From an uncultured Desulfatitalea sp. (GTDB lineage: Bacteria; Desulfobacterota; Desulfobacteria; Desulfobacterales; Desulfosarcinaceae), in NCBI GenBank assembly GCA_963668675.2, contig CAXXMB010000001.1, positions 1,536,001 to 1,600,000 of the forward strand: a stretch of DNA of 64,000 nucleotides, read 5' to 3'. Positions 56,691-64,000 of this stretch are shown here, piece after piece (positions within the stretch are counted from its first letter, which is position 1; each line of letters starts with the position of its first letter). The notes beneath the pieces were generated by a model, which made no database searches, was not told the origin of the DNA, and saw only the letters and a program-made list of their open reading frames with translations. Made by a program: the position numbers and the translations under genes.

Positions 56691-57494
56691 TTATCGAATC
56701 GGCTGCAACCCCTCCATGACCGGCTCCGCATTGGAGGGCGCAGCGATGATCAGATGGTCGTCGATTCGAGTGCCATCCACATAATCACCTATAAAAAAAC
56801 TGGATCCGTCGGATTTATACAGCTTGGCGCCCACCGCTTCCACGATGATGCGCACCGCGGCAAGGTCCTTGAATGATTCATGGGCCACGACGGCCGCATC
56901 GGCCCTTCCCATGGCCACGTAACAGATATGAACGCCGGTGCTCCCGAGCGCTCTGACTTTACCGGGAAACTGGAACTGATAGTGCTGGTGAAAACGGGAA
57001 TACGTCAGGACAAGGCTCTCTCGGCTGAGATCGCCGCGGTCCACCAACTCGAGGGGGCGGTCGTTCCAGTAAGCCTGCTGCCCGGCGACGGCGCGAAAAA
57101 GGTCCTTGGTCGCCGGCATATAGAAACAGCCCAGAACCGGCCAATTGTTTTCGTACAATGCCAGCGACATCCCCCAGATCGGAATGCGGGTTTGAAAATT
57201 GTCGACGCCGTCCAGGGGATCGAACACCCAAAGGTAGCGCTTGGCGCCATGGGTATATCCCTCGCCCAGCGGATCCTTTTCATATAGCTGATGATCGGGG
57301 AATTGCGCCGTAATCTTCTTCTGAAAAGAGCTGTTCAGATGAAGCTCGGCCTGGGTGACAAGATCCTGGTCGAAGGGGGGATGTAGATGGCCCTTGCCGT
57401 AAAACTGAAGGGCTTCTTCTCCCATCTGGAAAATCGTTTCCATTGCAAACGAGTTCAACGCGCCGATGTCAGGGACAGCAGCAGAATGCGCCAT
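56691..57494 (-). CDS. Inositol monophosphatase family protein
   Basis: DLVTQAE, WVFDPLDGVDNF, RALGS, YVAMGRADA, KDLAA. ATG 57494 behind GGAGG. Confidence 0.88.
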   Translation of the reverse strand: MAHSAAVPDIGALNSFAMETIFQMGEEALQFYGKGHLHPPFDQDLVTQAELHLNSSFQKKITAQFPDHQLYEKDPLGEGYTHGAKRYLWVFDPLDGVDNFQTRIPIWGMSLALYENNWPVLGCFYMPATKDLFRAVAGQQAYWNDRPLELVDRGDLSRESLVLTYSRFHQHYQFQFPGKVRALGSTGVHICYVAMGRADAAVVAHESFKDLAAVRIIVEAVGAKLYKSDGSSFFIGDYVDGTRIDDHLIIAAPSNAEPVMEGLQPIR

Positions 57495-57668
57495 GGCACC
57501 TCCTTGAAATAGATATGATAGATGAAATGATATTGACAAAGGAAGGGACAGGATGGGGGGTCCATCCGCGGCGGGCATCGAACAGCGCTCCGGCGGGATG
57601 CCGAACCGCTACCTCTACGCTATGGTCTGTCAGACACAGATCTGCGGGTGTTTCAATATAATGAGGGT

Positions 57669-57854
57669 CTACTTTTTGGTCGAGGCGTATCCGTCTGCGT
57701 ACCATCCGCCGCCTTTTAGTTCAAAGGTGCAGGGACTCATAATTTTTTTGGCCATCTCTTTCCGGCACTGGGGGCACTTGGCCTCATTGGTGCCCATAGG
57801 CACCAGATCCTCAAAAACATGTCCGCATTTGCATTCAAATTCATATACTGGCAT
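57669..57854 (-). CDS. FmdB-family zinc ribbon protein
   Basis: MPVYEFECKCGHVFE...CPQC...FELKGGGWYADGY. Confidence 0.88.
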   Translation of the reverse strand: MPVYEFECKCGHVFEDLVPMGTNEAKCPQCRKEMAKKIMSPCTFELKGGGWYADGYASTKK

Positions 57855-57969
57855 AGCTGCACTCTCCAAAAGCTGCCTCATCGCAGCATCTAATTTTATG
57901 GGCCAATGTATTGAGCAAATCGCTTTCTGTCAAGACGTATTGCGATGATTTACCCATGAGGCCTGGGCG

Positions 57970-58005
57970 GCAGCAGACCGGCAGCACGAGTTGCCGGTCT
58001 GCTGC
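57970..58005. terminator. 14-bp perfect stem-loop right after the degP stop
   Basis: gcagcagaccggca / tgccggtctgctgc. No U-tail in the degP direction, so it could be a stabilising hairpin instead. Confidence 0.55.
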
Positions 58006-58020
58006 AAAAGAGAGGGAAAC

Positions 58021-59451
58021 TTACGGCATAATTTTGATCGCTTTCAACCCCTCGTTACGACGCAGGATGAGCATATGAAGCGCCTCGTCGGAATCCGCCT
58101 TTTTCATAACACCCGAATAGTCGTCCAGGCTATCCACCTTTTGACGGTTGATTCCCTTAATAATATCACCGACCCGAACGCCGGCTTTCTCGGCACGACT
58201 GCCGTTTTCCACATCTACGACCAGAACGCCGCTCTCGTCTTTATCAAGACCGAATTGCTGTGCTCTCTCGTTGGTCAGATCTGCCACCTGGAGTCCCAGC
58301 GCGTCACTGCGTTCGTCCTCTCTGGACACGAGGCTCTCTTTCTCTTCCCGCTTGGCAACCTTGGCCGTCAGGGTCTTCTTTTCACCGCCTCTCATAAGGG
58401 TGATGCGGGTTTTGTCGCCCACCGGCGTGTTGGCGATGATCGACGAAAGCTCCCTGCCGGTGGAAACCGGCTGTCCGTTCAACGCGACGATGATATCGTT
58501 CTTTTTAACACCGGCCTTATCGGCAGGATCACCCTCGAACACCTGGGTGACCAGGACCCCTTCGGCGTTATCGAGGCCCCAATACTCGGCCAGCTCGGGA
58601 GTGACATCCTGAATGCCGACGCCTAGCCATCCGCGGGTCACCTCCCCCTTCTCCTTGAGTTGGGCGACGATGGATTTGGCCATATCGATGGGAATCGCAA
58701 AACCGATGCCTTGTCCGCTGGCCACAATGGCCGTGTTGATACCGATCACGTTCCCCTTCAGGTCCAATAAGGGGCCGCCGCTGTTTCCCGGATTGATCGA
58801 GGCGTCGGTCTGGATGAAATCATCGTAGGGGCCGGCCCCAATGACACGCTTTTTAGCGCTGACGATGCCTTGGGTGACCGTTTGTTCCAAACCGAACGGG
58901 CTGCCGATGGCCACCACCCAGGAGCCCACCTTGATCTCTTTGGAATTGCCCAGGGTCAGCGGTTGCAGATCCTTGATCCCATCGATCTTGATCAAGGCCA
59001 GATCTGTCTTTGGATCACGTCCCACGACGTTGGCCTCGTACTCCTTCTCGTTGTAGAGGCGGACCTTGATCTGGTCTGCACCATCGATGACGTGGTTGTT
59101 GGTAACGATGTAGCCCTCTTTGTCGATGATGAAACCGGAGCCCAGGCTCTGCTGTTTATATTCGCGCTGGGGCTGATCTTTAAAGGGGCCGAAGAAATCC
59201 TCGAAAGGGTTTCGTTGTCCGTGGAACTTATCCCCAAAGAAGTGACGGAAGACACGCCCTCCGTCTTTCATGGTGCGCTCGGTGCGAATGTTCACCACGC
59301 CCGGTCGGGCCAGCTCCGCCAACTCGGAAAAATTGGCCGGTACCATGACGACATCCTGGCTCTGCACACCGGCCACCACGGTGGTTAACGGTACCAAAAG
59401 GCTGAAAATCAGCAGTACGATCAATCCCAAATATCCTGTTCTGTGCTTCAT
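58021..59451 (-). CDS. degP: DegP/DegQ (HtrA) periplasmic serine protease with two PDZ domains
   Basis: Signal peptide, SLGSGFII, VTNNHV, TDLAL, QTDASINPGNSGGPL, RGWLGV. Confidence 0.92.
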   Translation of the reverse strand: MKHRTGYLGLIVLLIFSLLVPLTTVVAGVQSQDVVMVPANFSELAELARPGVVNIRTERTMKDGGRVFRHFFGDKFHGQRNPFEDFFGPFKDQPQREYKQQSLGSGFIIDKEGYIVTNNHVIDGADQIKVRLYNEKEYEANVVGRDPKTDLALIKIDGIKDLQPLTLGNSKEIKVGSWVVAIGSPFGLEQTVTQGIVSAKKRVIGAGPYDDFIQTDASINPGNSGGPLLDLKGNVIGINTAIVASGQGIGFAIPIDMAKSIVAQLKEKGEVTRGWLGVGIQDVTPELAEYWGLDNAEGVLVTQVFEGDPADKAGVKKNDIIVALNGQPVSTGRELSSIIANTPVGDKTRITLMRGGEKKTLTAKVAKREEKESLVSREDERSDALGLQVADLTNERAQQFGLDKDESGVLVVDVENGSRAEKAGVRVGDIIKGINRQKVDSLDDYSGVMKKADSDEALHMLILRRNEGLKAIKIMP

Positions 59452-59469
59452 AAGATCCTCCTGATCTAT

Positions 59470-59547
59470 CTAACTATCAAATTGGCTAACTATCAAACTG
59501 GCTAACTATCAAACTGGCTAACTATCAAACTGGCTAACTAAAAAAGG
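59470..59547. repeat. Tandem repeat, 16-bp unit CTAACTATCAAACTGG, 4 copies plus a degenerate fifth
   Basis: Copies start at 59470, 59486, 59502, 59518; partial copy at 59534. Confidence 0.93.
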
Positions 59548-59580
59548 CTATCTAACGAGACTGTTTTCAAACGTACTGCG

Positions 59581-59634
59581 ACTATAATTCAGGGAGATGA
59601 CCCAAATATGATCCAAAGATTACCATTTGATCAT
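59581..59634 (-). promoter_or_regulatory. Candidate degP promoter with OmpR-family-type direct repeats
   Basis: Minus-strand TATAGT at 59581-59586. Plus-strand ATGAC/ATGAT/ATTAC at 59597, 59608, 59619 (11-bp period) cover the -35 zone. Confidence 0.5.
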
Positions 59635-59656
59635 ATTGAAAAATTGAGCAGGAAAA

Positions 59657-61072
59657 TCATCCGGAAGTCATCATCGGCAGGCGGACCCAAAAAATGGTGT
59701 TACAATCCGGCGCACTCTCGAGGCTGATCGATCCCCCATGGGCGGTGACGATAGCGTGGGCAAGGCTCAACCCCAGCCCGGCACCGCCTAGTGTGCGGCT
59801 CTGATCGCCACGGAAAAATCGTTGAAAGATGAGGGGCTGGTCCTCTTCCGACACGCCGGGGCCGCTGTCTTCGACACGAATCACGCAGTTGCCCCCGTCG
59901 GGTTCCACACCGATCCGGACAATGCCGCCGAGGGGAGTATACTTGATGGCGTTGTCGATGAGATTGGCCATCAGCCGCTGCAGCATGGGCGGATCCCCGA
60001 ACACCGGACATTGTGCTTTGGCCGTACAGCTCAGATCGATCTTCTTGTCATCGGCCAACGGCTGAAACAGGTCGCAGGCATCCTTGGCAACCAAGGCCAT
60101 ATCCACCGACTGAAATGCGGCCGGGTCCATTCCCGCTTCGGTGCGGGAGATGGTGAGCATCGTGTTGATCATCTGCAGCAACCGGTCACACTCTTCGATG
60201 GTGCTGGCCGCCATCTGGGTGTAGTCATCCATGCTTTCGGCGCCGGTCAGCGTCACCTCGGCCAACCCGCGAATCCGTGTGATCGGGCTGCGCAGATCGT
60301 GAGCGATGTTGTCGTTCATCTGCCGCATGCTGACGACAAGCTGTTGAATGCGGTCGAGCATCTGATTGAACGTGAATGCCAGGCGGTCGATTTCGTTGTG
60401 CCGATATTGTACAGGCACCCGGCTCTCCAGATCGTTTTCGGAGATCTGTCGGGCCGTGCGTGTCACCATCGAGACACCTGACAAGGCCCGCCTGGCCATA
60501 AACCACCCCACGGCGACCGCAATGGCCAGCAAAACCGCCATGGTGATTGCGAAGGTGCGCTCGAAGGTGTTGACCAGGCGCTCTTCGCTCTCCAGGGAGT
60601 ATCCCAACTGCAGCACGATGCTTCTGTCGATGCGTTTGTAGATGATCCGCGCAGCATACAGCTGCTGGGGCACCTTCTGCGTGGTGTAGCGATAGGAGGC
60701 GCCTCCTTCGAGAATGGCGTCGACAGCATCTCGATCGATGCCGATATTGCGCCAATAGGTCATGTTGGAAGAAGAGAAGGAGACGCCGCTGGGATAGAAG
60801 AGACGGAAGAACATCTTCTGCTCACCCGCCGCCTGAGCCTTCAAAACAGCTGCCCGGCGCATCATCTCCACCCCTTGAAGCAGATGGATCTGGGCGAGTC
60901 CGTTGGCCTGGAGGCGCAGATCGGTATCGGTTTTTTCCCGGACCACCTGAGTGATCAACAGATAAAAGAGGGAAAAGGCGATGGCCGAGGAGAGAACGAA
61001 GATGACCGCGTACCATACCGTCAGCCGGAAGGCCAACGACTGGCGCAGCCTATTTATCCTTGCGAAGGACAT
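59657..61072 (-). CDS. Sensor histidine kinase (HAMP-HisKA-HATPase, CusS-like)
   Basis: RLTVWY N-terminus, two TMs, HAMP EIDRLAFTFNQMLDRI, IAHDLRSP, NLIDNAIKY, DSGPG, GAGLGLS. Confidence 0.92.
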   Translation of the reverse strand: MSFARINRLRQSLAFRLTVWYAVIFVLSSAIAFSLFYLLITQVVREKTDTDLRLQANGLAQIHLLQGVEMMRRAAVLKAQAAGEQKMFFRLFYPSGVSFSSSNMTYWRNIGIDRDAVDAILEGGASYRYTTQKVPQQLYAARIIYKRIDRSIVLQLGYSLESEERLVNTFERTFAITMAVLLAIAVAVGWFMARRALSGVSMVTRTARQISENDLESRVPVQYRHNEIDRLAFTFNQMLDRIQQLVVSMRQMNDNIAHDLRSPITRIRGLAEVTLTGAESMDDYTQMAASTIEECDRLLQMINTMLTISRTEAGMDPAAFQSVDMALVAKDACDLFQPLADDKKIDLSCTAKAQCPVFGDPPMLQRLMANLIDNAIKYTPLGGIVRIGVEPDGGNCVIRVEDSGPGVSEEDQPLIFQRFFRGDQSRTLGGAGLGLSLAHAIVTAHGGSISLESAPDCNTIFWVRLPMMTSG

Positions 61073-61727
61073 AGCCGACCCCGCGTACCGTGTGCAGCAG
61101 TTTGTACTGAAACCCTTTGTCGATTTTGTCCCTCAAGCGACAGATACGCGCTTCAACCACATTGGTCTGGGGGTCGAAGTTGTAGTGCCACACATGCTCC
61201 ATGATCATGGTCTTGGAGACCACCTTACCCGCATTACGCATCAAATAGGCCAGCAGAGAGTACTCCAGAGGCTGCAGTTCGATATCCCGGCCGTCGCGTA
61301 CCACCTCCCGAGTGACCAGATCGAGGCTGAGATCGTCGACCGTGAGTCGTGTCGATTCGATGGCGCCGCTGGCACGCCGCATCAATGCCTGAACACGCGC
61401 CAGCAGTTCTGAAAAGGCAAAGGGTTTGGTCAGGTAGTCGTCGCTACCGATCGCAAGCCCCTTGACCCGATCGTCCACCGAATCCTTGGCGCTGAGAATG
61501 ATCACAGGTGTCTTGATCTTTTCCCGCCGCAGTTGCTCGATCACAGAGAGGCCATCACGCTTGGGCAGCATCAGGTCCACGATGATCACGTCATAGGGTT
61601 CCGACAGTCCCAGATCCAGCCCCTCCTCGCCGTCGGTGGCGTGATCGACAGCAAAACCGGCTGCCGAAAGCCCTTTCATGACGAACGAAGCGATTTTGGC
61701 GTCATCTTCAATAAGAAGTAAACGCAT
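61050..61727 (-). CDS. OmpR-family response regulator (CusR/CopR-like)
   Basis: LLIEDD, DLMLP, DDYLTKPFAFSELLAR, VWHYNFDPQTNVVE, LHTVRGVGY. Confidence 0.93.
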   Translation of the reverse strand: MRLLLIEDDAKIASFVMKGLSAAGFAVDHATDGEEGLDLGLSEPYDVIIVDLMLPKRDGLSVIEQLRREKIKTPVIILSAKDSVDDRVKGLAIGSDDYLTKPFAFSELLARVQALMRRASGAIESTRLTVDDLSLDLVTREVVRDGRDIELQPLEYSLLAYLMRNAGKVVSKTMIMEHVWHYNFDPQTNVVEARICRLRDKIDKGFQYKLLHTVRGVGYVLRKDK

Positions 61728-61925
61728 GCGACCCTCCTGATCCGTTTTTCATGTTCCAAGATAGCCTCTGGTATCTACGACCTCGAAAAGGTATAACCAA
61801 AAAAGGAGACCAAAACAAGACGTCTGCGCCATCACGCTTGGTGCTTGACAAATCCGGCGACCCTTGAAAGAGAGTGTCGGTAATAGGCGAATCGGCCGTG
61901 CACCGCTCGAACGGGAGGAGAGAAG

Positions 61926-62324
61926 ATGACACTACAAGATCGAATCAAGAAAGATTTGGCAGCGGCCATGAAGGCCAAGGATGAGGATAAAAAAAACACC
62001 CTGCGGGTCATCATGGGGGAGTTCAGCCGCCAGGCCAGCAAAGAGCTGCCGGACGCGGAGGTGATCGGTATCATTAAGAAGCTGATCAAATCGGAAAAAG
62101 AGGTGATCGCCCAGAGCGGTTCCAACGAGGACAATCGCTTTATCGCGGTGGCCGAGGCCTATCTGCCCAAGATGGCGGACGAAGATGACATCTCCGCCTG
62201 GATTGCGTCCAACGTCGATTTTTCCCAATTCAAAAACAAAATGCAGGCGATGAAACCGATCATGGCCCACTTCGGGGCTGCCGCCGATGGCAACCTGGTG
62301 AAGAAGATCCTGCAGAGTATGTAG
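61926..62324 (+). CDS. GatB/YqeY domain protein
   Basis: LQDRIKKDLAAAMKAKD...LRVIMGE, EAYLPKM, ADGNLV. Confidence 0.85.
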   Translation: MTLQDRIKKDLAAAMKAKDEDKKNTLRVIMGEFSRQASKELPDAEVIGIIKKLIKSEKEVIAQSGSNEDNRFIAVAEAYLPKMADEDDISAWIASNVDFSQFKNKMQAMKPIMAHFGAAADGNLVKKILQSM

Positions 62325-62365
62325 CATTACAGGCGGGTGCCTGAAGTGCTGACGTCGATCGGCCG

Positions 62366-63610
62366 TCAGGCAATCAACCCCACAACGGCGCCGGTCATAC
62401 AAGTGGCCAATGTACCTGCGGCAATGGAGCGCAGCCCCAATGAGACGATCTCGCCGCGCCGTTCCGGCGCCATGGTTCCCAACCCACCAATCATGATACC
62501 CAGTGATCCGGGATTGGCAAAACCACACATGGCATAGGTCATGATCAGTTTACTGCGCCCGCTCAGGGCATCTTCGGGAAGTCGGCTCAAGTCCAGGTAG
62601 GCCACGAATTCATTCAGAATCGTCTTGGTTGCCAGCAGAGACCCTGCCGTGGCGCTCTCCGACCACGGAATGCCGATGAGCCACACCAGAGGCGCAGTAA
62701 TCAGGCCGAAGAGTCGCTGCAGGGTGATCTCCCGGCCGTGCCAATCGGGCAGCAGGACAAGCAGGATATTGACCAGATGGACCAGCGCGACCAGCACCAC
62801 CAGCATGGCCACGATATTGATCAACAGCTGCACCCCCTGTAGCGTTCCCCGGGTGATGGCGTCCATACTGTTGTGGGCCTCTTCCGGAGTGGCCGGACGG
62901 CCTCCGGTGAGGTGGCCGGACTCGGGTATCATGATTTTGGCGATGGTGACGGCCGCCGGCACACTGATGATCGATGCCGTTAGGATGTGCCCCATGACAT
63001 CCGGAATGACGCTGCCCAGGATCGAGGCATAGAGCACCATCACCGTTCCGGCAATAGTGGCCATGCCGGCGGTCATCAACGCAAACAGTTCGCTGCGGGT
63101 CATCTGGGCAAGATAGGGTCGAATGAAGAGCGGCGCCTCCACCATACCGACGAAGAGGTTGCCGGCCACCCCAAGGCCCTCGGCCCCTCCGATCCCCAGC
63201 GTCCTGGCGAGGCACCAGGCAAATCCCCGGACCAGAAGGGGAAGAATCCGCCAATAGAAAAGCAGCGCCGAAAGGGCACTGATCACCAGAACCAACGGCA
63301 GGGCACGGAACGCCAGAACAAACAGATTAGCCGGTTCGACAGCCTCGAAGGGGAGCGGACCGCCCCCCAGGTATCCGAAAACCATACCGGTACCTGCTGC
63401 AGTGGCACTCTCCAGGGCCAGCACCATGTGGTTGAGCGCCAGGAACAGCTTTTGAAAAAGAGGCACTCTGAGCAGAACCAGGCCGATAGCGAGCTGAAGG
63501 CAGAGCCCGGTAACGATCAACCGAAGCGGCGGCTTTCGCCGCCTTTCACTCATTGCCCAGGCAATGGCCAGCATCGCCAGCAAACCGATAAGGCACTGAA
63601 GCCGCACCAT
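62366..63610 (-). CDS. Concentrative nucleoside transporter (NupC/CNT family)
   Basis: NLFVGMVEAP, TAGMATIAGTV, KTILNEFVAY, YAMCGFAN. Confidence 0.92.
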   Translation of the reverse strand: MVRLQCLIGLLAMLAIAWAMSERRRKPPLRLIVTGLCLQLAIGLVLLRVPLFQKLFLALNHMVLALESATAAGTGMVFGYLGGGPLPFEAVEPANLFVLAFRALPLVLVISALSALLFYWRILPLLVRGFAWCLARTLGIGGAEGLGVAGNLFVGMVEAPLFIRPYLAQMTRSELFALMTAGMATIAGTVMVLYASILGSVIPDVMGHILTASIISVPAAVTIAKIMIPESGHLTGGRPATPEEAHNSMDAITRGTLQGVQLLINIVAMLVVLVALVHLVNILLVLLPDWHGREITLQRLFGLITAPLVWLIGIPWSESATAGSLLATKTILNEFVAYLDLSRLPEDALSGRSKLIMTYAMCGFANPGSLGIMIGGLGTMAPERRGEIVSLGLRSIAAGTLATCMTGAVVGLIA

Positions 63611-63661
63611 GCGCTATCTCCTGGTCTCTTTAGGACGGATGGTTGATATGGCCATTCAACA

Positions 63662-63934
63662 TTAGGGATTGGACGAATCGGCGGTGCTCTCCTCGATCAA
63701 GCTCAGCGCCAGGCGATGGTCATAGGCAGCCCTGGGATCGAAGGGGCCGCCGTCATACATCTCCTGGGCCTTCAAAATGGCCTCGTAAGGCACCCAGCCG
63801 TGTTCATCCCACATCTGTGCATCGTCCTGGTTCCATAGGCGAAACTCAACGCCGCCCCCCCCTTTGCGCACATACATACGCACACGCTTGTTGCTGGGAA
63901 AAGGGTAGTAGTACAAGCCGCGATCATCTTTCAT
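63662..63934 (-). CDS. Hypothetical protein
   Basis: 90-aa ORF with GAGGA SD and protein-like composition (GLYYYPFP, RMYV, FRLW, HGWVPY); no family recognised. Confidence 0.7.
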   Translation of the reverse strand: MKDDRGLYYYPFPSNKRVRMYVRKGGGGVEFRLWNQDDAQMWDEHGWVPYEAILKAQEMYDGGPFDPRAAYDHRLALSLIEESTADSSNP

Positions 63935-64000
63935 AGCTGTCAGCGTCCTCTATCTGATTGATTTAACAACGTTTCATCCTGTTTTTAGCGTCTATTTCAC

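Noticed and set aside
59470..59547. CRISPR array
   Set aside because: 16-bp units are directly adjacent with no unique spacers, and no cas genes are present.

Overview
Core chromosomal window of a bacterium that looks deltaproteobacterial (Desulfobacterota-like, inferred from protein style and gene order). 1-7.4 kb: a branched-chain amino acid type ABC transporter, a single-domain response regulator and an exeAB/gspAB-like pair. 7.6-39 kb (minus strand): the translation/transcription supercluster, i.e. tRNA Thr-Tyr-Gly-Thr, tuf, rpmG, tRNA-Trp, secE, nusG, rplKAJL, rpoBC, rpsL-rpsG-tuf (no fusA) and the S10, spc and alpha operons. 39.5-64 kb: mltD, tRNA-Arg, a proteasome-beta-like protein, rarA, asmA, a LEA_2 lipoprotein, small palindromic/MITE-like elements, nth, a lexA-DUF72-imuB-dnaE2 cassette, a primase-helicase-like gene, degP with an OmpR-type two-component system, yqeY and a nucleoside transporter. 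Most striking: (1) a ~99-aa parvulin (PpiC-type prolyl isomerase)-like domain inserted in frame in RNA polymerase beta', at about the site where cyanobacterial beta' is split; (2) a stand-alone, propeptide-less, Ser1-type proteasome-beta/Ntn-fold protein; (3) an SOS mutagenesis cassette with DUF72 in place of imuA, a candidate new LexA operator and a downstream primase-helicase with a degenerate TOPRIM; (4) a str operon lacking fusA. All family calls come from reading motifs by eye. No database searches were run.
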